Positions 6,071 through 12,394 of a stretch of DNA of 56,902 nucleotides are shown here, in pieces. The translations under genes and the position numbers were made by a program. Each line of letters begins with the position of its first letter. Position 1 is the first letter of the stretch. The stretch is from a virus. Taxonomy: Duplodnaviria; Caudoviricetes. The notes beneath the pieces were generated by a model. That model was not told where the DNA came from, searched no databases, and saw only the letters and a list, made by a program, of their open reading frames with translations. The stretch lies in IMG/VR virus record IMGVR_UViG_3300042350_003263, positions 1 through 56,902 of that record; one strand, 5' to 3'.

Positions 6071-6078
6071 TTTAATTT

Positions 6079-6154
6079 GGGCTCTTAGCTCAGCTGGGAG
6101 AGCGCCTGCCTTGCAAGCAGGAGGTCAGGAGTTCGATCCTCCTAGGGTCCACCA
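6079..6154 (+). tRNA. tRNA-Ala (TGC)
   Basis: CCTGC-CTTGCAA-GCAGG, G3-U70, ACCA. Confidence 0.94.
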
Positions 6155-6172
6155 ATACAACGGAGAAAGCAA

Positions 6173-6256
6173 ATGATTGCTTATATTTTTCTGGTAATGC
6201 TTGTAGTCGGAGTTCTCTGGCACACTGATGGTCCAGGAAAAGATCATTGGCTATAG
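6173..6256 (+). CDS. 27-aa single-TM peptide (MIAYIFLVMLVVGVLWHTDGPGKDHWL)
   Basis: GGAGA SD, hydrophobic stretch, fills a tRNA spacer. Confidence 0.5.
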   Translation: MIAYIFLVMLVVGVLWHTDGPGKDHWL

Positions 6257-6260
6257 AATT

Positions 6261-6336
6261 GGCCTGTTGGTAAAGTGGTTAATACGTCTGCCTGTCACGC
6301 AGAAGAACGCGGGTTCGATCCCCGCACAGGTCGCCA
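6261..6336 (+). tRNA. tRNA-Asp (GTC)
   Basis: TCTGC-CTGTCAC-GCAGA, GCCA. Confidence 0.93.
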
Positions 6337-6339
6337 ACT

Positions 6340-6427
6340 TACGATGGTTGTGTTAGAGTCTTGGTTGTCTTAACACGTAAACTAGCAAGAGGTACGGGTC
6401 GCTACCGTCGCTCACTATTCCATCGTA
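6340..6427 (+). ncRNA. Structured ncRNA candidate, possible pseudoknot
   Basis: TACGATGG/CCATCGTA closing stem; GTGTTA/TAACAC hairpin whose loop TCTTG can pair with the downstream CAAGA. Confidence 0.45.
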
Positions 6428-6436
6428 TTCAATAAT

Positions 6437-6511
6437 GCGGAATTAGCTCAGTGGTAGAGCCCCTCGTTTACACCGAGGTTGTCGGGAGTTCGACCCTCTC
6501 ATTCCGCACCA
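6437..6511 (+). tRNA. tRNA-Val (TAC)
   Basis: CCTCG-TTTACAC-CGAGG, ACCA. Confidence 0.93.
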
Positions 6512-6518
6512 ACTACAT

Positions 6519-6595
6519 GCCCATGTAGGCCAATTGGTAGAGTCACTGCGCTTAGAACGCAGGTGTTGGGGGTTCGAGTCCCTCCATGGGCACCA
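6519..6595 (+). tRNA. tRNA-Leu (TAG), short variable loop
   Basis: CTGCG-CTTAGAA-CGCAG, 77 nt, ACCA. Confidence 0.9.
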
Positions 6596-6610
6596 AAAAG
6601 GATAATTTAT

Positions 6611-6931
6611 ATGATAACTGCAAATAGAAGTGAATGGGAAGATTTTGTATCTGGTGATGAATCTCTTGATACGACTCACCCGTTGATCGATCGATTTGAT
6701 TATTTTTCTACTTCGCACGATGTTTCTATTCTTGTAAATGGAAAAACTTACACAAAAATTACCAGAGCGTTATATGAAGATAACGAATTAAATGCAATGC
6801 ATATAAATCCAGAAAAAGCAGAAAAAGATATTCTCTATAAAATATGCAAAGTAATAGAAATAGACAAGAATGATCATTCAAAAACCAAAATCGGTCATAA
6901 GATCATTTATTTTAAAGATGTTACCATTTAA
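6611..6931 (+). CDS. Hypothetical protein (MITANRSEWEDF...)
   Basis: ORF track 6479..6931 trimmed to the ATG after the tRNA-Leu; AT-rich. Confidence 0.6.
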   Translation: MITANRSEWEDFVSGDESLDTTHPLIDRFDYFSTSHDVSILVNGKTYTKITRALYEDNELNAMHINPEKAEKDILYKICKVIEIDKNDHSKTKIGHKIIYFKDVTI

Positions 6932-6935
6932 GATT

Positions 6936-7125
6936 TAGAATGTTTACAGCAACAAAACAAAACTATCGGTTCGATTCCGATACTCCCCACCATGGATACA
7001 CTGCGACCACTCGTTATATCCACTAGAGTGCACGCTAGACGCTAAAGGATGAACTCAGTGTATCTTTGATGGGGAGTATGGCAAGGTGCCGCTAAGAGCA
7101 ATCTTAGCTTTCCCCAAACATTCTG
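6936..7125 (+). ncRNA. Y-RNA-like element E with YrlA-type permuted tRNA domain
   Basis: TAGAATGT-TTACAGCAA...ACATTCTG; T arm ATCGG-TTCGATT-CCGAT, ACTCCCC-ACCA, insert, GGGGAGT, D-like GGC-AAGGT-GCC, GCTAAGA/TCTTAGC. Confidence 0.72.
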
Positions 7126-7147
7126 TTATATAATATAGGAGAGCACG

Positions 7148-7381
7148 ATGCGCGATAGAGCTTTTCGACGATTTCAAGAACTTAAGAAGAAGCAGTGGGT
7201 TCGAAAGTTTTTCTCTAAACATCGAGCTCGTGATCTAACCGATGCCGATGTTGGAGTCTATGCTCATACCCCGCATCTGTGTTCCTGCTACGTATGTGGC
7301 AATCCTCGCAAGTGGTGGGATCAAAAGACTCTTCAAGAAAAGAAGATGGAAGACTTTTACAAAGCAACTGATGAAGACTAA
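7148..7381 (+). CDS. Small basic Cys-motif phage protein
   Basis: AGGAGA SD; CSCYVCGNPRK motif. Confidence 0.72.
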   Translation: MRDRAFRRFQELKKKQWVRKFFSKHRARDLTDADVGVYAHTPHLCSCYVCGNPRKWWDQKTLQEKKMEDFYKATDED

Positions 7382-7382
7382 T

Positions 7383-7470
7383 GGATCGTGGGCAGGATGG
7401 TAATGCAGCAGATTGCTAATCTGTAGAACGAGCAATCGTTCACTGGGTTCGATTCCCAGACGATCCGCCA
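7383..7470 (+). tRNA. tRNA-Ser (GCT)
   Basis: GCAGA-TTGCTAA-TCTGT, long variable arm, GCCA. Confidence 0.92.
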
Positions 7471-7519
7471 ATAAAGATCTGAAACAGGATCTAAAAGAAC
7501 AATAAAATTGAAGGTGATT

Positions 7520-8992
7520 ATGGACGGTATTATTTTTTCTGGATTTACTTTTTCTGCGACAAGAAGGGGAAATATCCAATCTCCACAATTAGGTCCTTAT
7601 AGAATGAGAACCTATCTAGAAGAAAATGGTTATACTTGCGACATTATAGATTGGTTTGACTTTTGGACAGAAGAAGAAATATTACAACTAATAAAAAACC
7701 GTTACCACGAGAATCTAAAATTTATTGGGTTTAGTGTTACATTCCAAAAAATTCAGAATATCAGTACAGATTTACTGAAAAAAATTAAAACGTCTTTTCC
7801 TAGTTTGAAAATAGTCTTTGGAAGTCAAGAACCTAATGAAACTCTTTGTGGGGAACATCCGCAAAAATCAAGATATATTGATATCGTTTTCTATGGTCAT
7901 TCTGAAGTAGCATTTCTAGAATATATTAAACACCTTGATGGTAAACCAAGTAAGCACAAAGCAGAGAAATTTTCTACTGGCGTTGATTATGTAATATCTC
8001 CAAATGTGTTACCATATACAGATACATCTAACCTTACTACTATCTGGAAACCTGATGATCCTTTAAAATATTTTAAAGGTGGTAGTGTAGAGATATCTCG
8101 GGGTTGTATGTTTAAATGTAAATTCTGTTATTCCCCTCTTATTGGAAGGAAAAGAGCAGATTATACAAGATCTGTAGAAAATTTAGCAGATGAGTTAAAA
8201 AGGAACTACGATTTATTCGGTATCAACCATTATGTTTTTTCAGATGACACACTGAATGAGAGTACTGAGAAACTACTTAATATAAAAAAAGCTATTGAGC
8301 TATCAAGAGTGGATATTACTTTCACTGCATATATAAGATACGAAATCTTAAATACTCATTTCGATCAAGTAAAGATTATGTCTGATATGGGATGGATAGG
8401 TGGAATACTTGGTCTTGAAACGTTTAATCCTGAGTCAAGAAAAGCTATTGGCAAAGGTCTTACTACAGAAAAGATTTTAGATCTTCTTTATAGGGTAAAA
8501 CAGTTTAATAAGGATCTGCATTTATCTTCAGGTTTTATCGTAGGTTTACCTGGTGAAACAGAACAAACAACTACTGAATACTTTCAGGAATTTCTTAAGC
8601 TGAATAAGGATCATGAATATCTAGATTCTTTTTATTGGACACCTCTTTATATCTTAGAACCATATAAGTATCTTAACAGTATCTTTACAAAAGAAGCTAG
8701 TTCTTATGGATATAGTGTTATACCTGGTGCTGGTAAATGGACTAACAATAAATATGAAATAAAATCATGGGATGAAGCTTATCAAATATCTAATCGTTTG
8801 AACAATATGTGTAGGGATAACTTAGGAACCTCTGTTCAAATTTCAGAAGTTTTAAGTTTAGGTGTAGATAGAAATAAATTCAGACATATAAGATTTGGCG
8901 AAGAGATGAGAGAGCTCGTCAAATATAAAAAAGAAAAGATATGGAAATCTTATAGAGAAGAGAAATTAAATTATAAGATTTCCCGGGTGTAG
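7520..8992 (+). CDS. B12-binding-type radical SAM protein
   Basis: EISRGCMFKCKFC (CxxxCxxC), DDTLN, GLETF, GFIVGLPGET; N-terminal B12-binding-like region. Confidence 0.85.
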   Translation: MDGIIFSGFTFSATRRGNIQSPQLGPYRMRTYLEENGYTCDIIDWFDFWTEEEILQLIKNRYHENLKFIGFSVTFQKIQNISTDLLKKIKTSFPSLKIVFGSQEPNETLCGEHPQKSRYIDIVFYGHSEVAFLEYIKHLDGKPSKHKAEKFSTGVDYVISPNVLPYTDTSNLTTIWKPDDPLKYFKGGSVEISRGCMFKCKFCYSPLIGRKRADYTRSVENLADELKRNYDLFGINHYVFSDDTLNESTEKLLNIKKAIELSRVDITFTAYIRYEILNTHFDQVKIMSDMGWIGGILGLETFNPESRKAIGKGLTTEKILDLLYRVKQFNKDLHLSSGFIVGLPGETEQTTTEYFQEFLKLNKDHEYLDSFYWTPLYILEPYKYLNSIFTKEASSYGYSVIPGAGKWTNNKYEIKSWDEAYQISNRLNNMCRDNLGTSVQISEVLSLGVDRNKFRHIRFGEEMRELVKYKKEKIWKSYREEKLNYKISRV

Positions 8993-9059
8993 CTCAGTTT
9001 GGTATAGCGCTTGGTTTGGGACCAAGATGTCGTGGGTTCGATTCCTACTACATCCGCCA
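8983..9059 (+). tRNA. tRNA-Pro (TGG) with a misregistered or chimeric acceptor, possibly a pseudogene
   Basis: CTTGG-TTTGGGA-CCAAG; 3' end TACATCCGCCA does not pair in canonical register. Confidence 0.6.
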
Positions 9060-9082
9060 AAAATAATTCAGGAAAATGAAAA

Positions 9083-9118
9083 TAGGGGGTTTACATTCCA
9101 GGTTACATAGCTTATATT
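9083..9118 (+). promoter_or_regulatory. Phage early promoter
   Basis: TTTACA 9090-9095, TATATT 9113-9118. Confidence 0.8.
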
Positions 9119-9138
9119 ACTCTTATCAACAGAGGAAC

Positions 9139-9543
9139 ATGACAATGTACACTTTCGATGAAACGATCGTCTCCGACCTCCACAAAGAAGCTTATGGCAC
9201 GCGTCCTACCTCTTTCTGGTGGCAGTGCTGGAATGAAGCTACTGACGCAGAAAAGCAGGCAGAGTGGGATGATCTGCTCGAAGTTCATGCTCAAACTATG
9301 GATCGCGAAGCTCAAGAGCAGATCGCTGCTATCAACTCTTTCGAGCTTGAAATCGCGACCGCGCTCGACGTAGGCGCTCGCTCGCGCGAAGATGCCGTTC
9401 GCTGGATCGTTCAGGGTTTGGAACTTGATGACGTCGATATGATGTACGGTGGTAGTGCCATCTGCTATCGTAAAGGTTTGCCTTATCGTATGGCCGCTAT
9501 GTTTGACAATGCAATCAACTATCTTCGCGCTGAGGTGATCTAA
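9139..9543 (+). CDS. Conserved phage early hypothetical protein (MTMYTFDETIVSDLHKEAYGTRP...)
   Basis: GAGGA SD after early promoter; SDLHK.AYG.RP motif seen in T4-like phages. Confidence 0.75.
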   Translation: MTMYTFDETIVSDLHKEAYGTRPTSFWWQCWNEATDAEKQAEWDDLLEVHAQTMDREAQEQIAAINSFELEIATALDVGARSREDAVRWIVQGLELDDVDMMYGGSAICYRKGLPYRMAAMFDNAINYLRAEVI

Positions 9544-9544
9544 T

Positions 9545-9763
9545 ATGAACGTACAAACTGTCTCCGTTTCCGATCTTTCGTTGGATATCCTCCTGAATGA
9601 ACTTCATCTTCCTTTGGTAGATGGTAAAGCAAATCGGGAAAAGATCGAAGAAGCAATTACGATTGGAATGCTCGAAGGTGCATTGGGTTACGTAGACGAA
9701 GAAACTGTCAATCTTGCTATTGGTATGATTGATGATATTATTGTAGAATATCGCGTTCAATAG
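9545..9763 (+). CDS. Hypothetical protein
   Basis: GAGGTG SD, tight coupling to the upstream ORF. Confidence 0.7.
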   Translation: MNVQTVSVSDLSLDILLNELHLPLVDGKANREKIEEAITIGMLEGALGYVDEETVNLAIGMIDDIIVEYRVQ

Positions 9764-9785
9764 CGCATATATAAAATAAGATTAT

Positions 9786-9861
9786 TTCCTGATAGCTCAG
9801 TTGGTAGAGCAGATGACTGTTAATCATCGGGTCCGTGGTTCGAGCCCACGTCAGGGAGCCA
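9786..9861 (+). tRNA. tRNA-Asn (GTT)
   Basis: GATGA-CTGTTAA-TCATC, GCCA. Confidence 0.94.
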
Positions 9862-9865
9862 ATAT

Positions 9866-9942
9866 CGGAGTATAGCACAGTTTGGTAGTGCGCTAGTTTT
9901 GGGTACTAGAGGTCGATGGTTCGAATCCTTCTACTCCGACCA
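9866..9942 (+). tRNA. tRNA-Pro (TGG)
   Basis: CGGAGTA/TACTCCG, CTAGT-TTTGGGT-ACTAG, ACCA. Confidence 0.92.
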
Positions 9943-9948
9943 AAAATT

Positions 9949-10014
9949 TAGGATCGGTTCAGCAAACAAAAACGCTAAATCGTATTGGATGTCTTAGCGG
10001 ACAAAACGATCCTG
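9949..10014 (+). ncRNA. Y-RNA-like element F (paralog of D)
   Basis: TAGGATCG-GTTCAGCAA...CGATCCTG; near-identical to 6007-6070 except the apical loop. Confidence 0.7.
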
Positions 10015-10042
10015 TTATAGATAAACAGTAGGAAGGTTCACA

Positions 10043-10309
10043 ATGGAAGAAAATAAAGAAATTATCGAAGATGGGTCTTTAAAGAATGTACATGCAGAAC
10101 TAGTCAAAAAGGGTGATAAAGTGGCAGTTCACTTCACCTATTGGTTTGCTTGGTTCTGGGGCATTATTAGTGCCATTTATTTCTTTGCAGTGACATTCAT
10201 TACAGTGCCACCAGCTGGAGAAAACTTTGCCAATATTATCCTAGGCTTCTTGCTTGGTACTGCGGTTTCTACTATCATAAACTTCTTCTTTGGTAGTAGC
10301 GAGAAATAA
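10043..10309 (+). CDS. Two-TM membrane protein, holin-like
   Basis: Two hydrophobic helices and a C-terminal FFFGSS motif; close to the endolysin. Confidence 0.65.
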   Translation: MEENKEIIEDGSLKNVHAELVKKGDKVAVHFTYWFAWFWGIISAIYFFAVTFITVPPAGENFANIILGFLLGTAVSTIINFFFGSSEK

Positions 10310-10384
10310 GTCCCTAGAGCATGATGGTTATGCACGCGCCTCTAAAACGCTGAAATGCAGGTTCAATTCCTGTTAGGGACACCA
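10310..10384 (+). tRNA. Amber suppressor tRNA (anticodon CTA)
   Basis: GTCCCTA/TAGGGAC-ACCA, GCAT/ATGC D stem, loop CTCTAAA on a weak 3-bp stem, T arm GCAGG-TTCAATT-CCTGT. Confidence 0.75.
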
Positions 10385-10544
10385 AGAATCCGACTTTATG
10401 AGTCCATGTGGAAGAGTAACCGAGACAACTTCTGCATTCTCATATTCACTAACGCTGTATATGCTGGCAAAGCCGATAAATACCTTCTCAGGTTGTGCAT
10501 ATGTTAGAGCCGGATAACTAACCTTTAATAAAGGAGAAATACAA

Positions 10545-10583
10545 ATGAAGAGATATCACTTGTAGATTACTAGACCGCCCTAA
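10545..10583 (+). promoter_or_regulatory. Leader peptide MKRYHL-[TAG]-ITRPP-TAA and putative translational attenuator
   Basis: Strong AAGGAG SD; CCTAAATTGG 10579-10588 is the exact complement of CCAATTTAGG 10615-10624, which overlaps the SD of the next gene. Confidence 0.65.
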
Positions 10584-10632
10584 ATTGGGCCTTACATTAT
10601 GAAGAACCAATGAACCAATTTAGGAGAATAAA

Positions 10633-11064
10633 ATGTCTGTAGAACTTAAAATTAAATCTAAACACCTTTCAGAAGAAGCTCGTATCATTCGTTTTGAAGA
10701 GCGTAAAGTAAAGAGACAAATGAACTGGCACAAAGACCGTCAGCAACCATTTGAAAAAGAAGCTTCGCTTTATCATTCTTTGAACGCTCACCGTCGTTGG
10801 GAAGTGCGTAACGAGAATCGTGCTACCTTCCTTGCTCGTGCTTATCTTGCTGGTAAAGAATATAAGACCATTGAGAATAAGTGCCACGATCCTATGGTGC
10901 TTCGTGCTTACATCCTTCCTCGTGTATGCGAGATGGTAAACAAGTACGGTCCAACTGCTGGCAAACTGAGTAAGAAATGGAACAGAGAGCGTATGCGTTA
11001 TGAGTATGATGCAGAACCTTGGAAAGCTCACTGCGATAAAGTGAAAGCTTGGACTGAAAGTTGA
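10633..11064 (+). CDS. Conserved basic phage protein of unknown function (MSVELKIKSKHLSEEARIIR...)
   Basis: TAGGAG SD, 143-aa ORF with phage-like codon use. Confidence 0.8.
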   Translation: MSVELKIKSKHLSEEARIIRFEERKVKRQMNWHKDRQQPFEKEASLYHSLNAHRRWEVRNENRATFLARAYLAGKEYKTIENKCHDPMVLRAYILPRVCEMVNKYGPTAGKLSKKWNRERMRYEYDAEPWKAHCDKVKAWTES

Positions 11065-11074
11065 TATATACTAT

Positions 11075-11162
11075 TTGGATGGATACTGCAACCAATTTGT
11101 AGGGGTAATAACCTACTGTTCAAGCGGTTAGATAGTATCATCGAAATCCACAGACCATCCAG
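11075..11162 (+). ncRNA. Possible Y-RNA-like element G
   Basis: TTGGATGG-ATACTGCAA...CCATCCAG matches the family stem and motif with compensatory changes. Confidence 0.5.
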
Positions 11163-11276
11163 TCTTACAACTTGTGGATAGTACGTGATATGAGTCTAAC
11201 CCACGTTACACTAGCGTGAAGTGATCCTTGGCTCCGGCTCTATGGATCGGTGTGACAGCTCGGAGAGACGGGCGCT
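11163..11276 (+). ncRNA. Structured ncRNA candidate ending GTGACAGCTCGGAGAGACGGGC
   Basis: GATCC/GGATC and GCTCG/CGGGC stems; GTGGAT can pair with ATCCAC near 11146. Confidence 0.4.
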
Positions 11277-11279
11277 TAT

Positions 11280-11352
11280 GCGGGTGAGGCTATGGTAGCC
11301 AACCAGCCTTCCAAGCTGTAGGAGACCAGTTCGATTCTGGCCACCCGCTCCA
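11280..11352 (+). tRNA. tRNA-Gly (TCC)
   Basis: CAGC-CTTCCAA-GCTG, GCGGGTG/CACCCGC, TCCA. Confidence 0.9.
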
Positions 11353-11374
11353 ATCATATTTCATAGGGGCTCAT

Positions 11375-12268
11375 ATGGATTTTTTCAAAGAAGAACATCT
11401 TGCAGCTATGATTCCTGGCAATAAGAATGCTTCCGCATGGTATAAAGCCATGACGGAACTTTTTCCTAAGTACGAGATTAATACTCCAAACCGTATTGCT
11501 GGTTTCATCGCACAGTGCGCGCACGAGAGCGCAAACTTTACTGCACTTGAAGAAAATTTAAATTATAAAGAAGAAACACTTCTGAAAGTGTTTGGTCGTT
11601 ACTTTGGTACTGGTGCTGGTAAGCGTGATGCAAAAGAGTATGCTCGCAACCCAGAGAAGATCGCTAACTATGTCTATATGGACGAATTCCGTAAGTCAAA
11701 GATGGGTAACGTAAAAGAAGGTGACGGCTGGAGATTCCGCGGCCGTGGTCTAAAGCAGCTTACTGGGCGTGATAACTATACCGCCTTTGGTAAGTCTGTT
11801 GGTATGACTGCAGAAGAAGCAGCTGAATATGTTGCAACCGAAAAAGGTGCGATTGAAAGTGCTTGCTGGTTCTGGGGCAATAAGAAGCTGAATGCAATTG
11901 CAGACACTGGTGACATTGTCAAAATGACTAAGATCATTAATGGTGGTGATATCGGTCTTGCTGATCGCCAACAGCGCTGGGAAAAAGCTCTTGCTATTCT
12001 CGGTGGTAAGGTAAGCGTAAGTGCTGCTCCTGCTGCAAAAGCTGCTGCTACTGCCACACCTGCTGCAAAAGTTGCTGAGCCAACTACCGTTAAGATTGGT
12101 TCAAAAGGTAAAATCGTTGAGAAACTCCAGGCAGCTTTGAATCTAAAAGCTGATGGGGATTTTGGCCCTGCTACTGAAGCAAAACTAAAGGAATGGCAGA
12201 CCCGCAATGGTCTTACCGCTGATGGTATTGCTGGACCAAAAACTTTGGCTCGCTTAGGTATTAAGTAA
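11375..12268 (+). CDS. Endolysin: GH19 (chitinase-like) domain plus C-terminal peptidoglycan-binding domain
   Basis: FIAQCAHES, FRGRGLKQLTGRDNY, TKIINGG; ADGDFGPAT and DGIAGPKT PG_binding_1 repeats. Confidence 0.9.
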   Translation: MDFFKEEHLAAMIPGNKNASAWYKAMTELFPKYEINTPNRIAGFIAQCAHESANFTALEENLNYKEETLLKVFGRYFGTGAGKRDAKEYARNPEKIANYVYMDEFRKSKMGNVKEGDGWRFRGRGLKQLTGRDNYTAFGKSVGMTAEEAAEYVATEKGAIESACWFWGNKKLNAIADTGDIVKMTKIINGGDIGLADRQQRWEKALAILGGKVSVSAAPAAKAAATATPAAKVAEPTTVKIGSKGKIVEKLQAALNLKADGDFGPATEAKLKEWQTRNGLTADGIAGPKTLARLGIK

Positions 12269-12273
12269 ATAAA

Positions 12274-12298
12274 AGGTGATACATATTAGTGTATCACC
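12274..12298 (+). terminator. Hairpin after the endolysin
   Basis: GGTGATACA-TATTAG-TGTATCACC. Confidence 0.4.
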
Positions 12299-12301
12299 AA
12301 T

Positions 12302-12377
12302 GCCGGTATAGCTCAGTTGGTAGAGCAGTTGCCTTGTAAGCATCAGGTCCGGGGTTCGAAGCCTCGTGCCGGCACCA
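12302..12377 (+). tRNA. tRNA-Thr (TGT)
   Basis: Loop CTTGTAA, GCCGGTA/TGCCGGC, ACCA. Confidence 0.92.
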
Positions 12378-12394
12378 TTATTAGGGAATAGTTT

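Noticed and set aside
3215-10014. Repeated TAGGATCG...CGATCCTG units as a CRISPR array or IS ends
   Set aside because: Spacing is irregular, copies show compensatory stem changes, and there is no cas or transposase gene.
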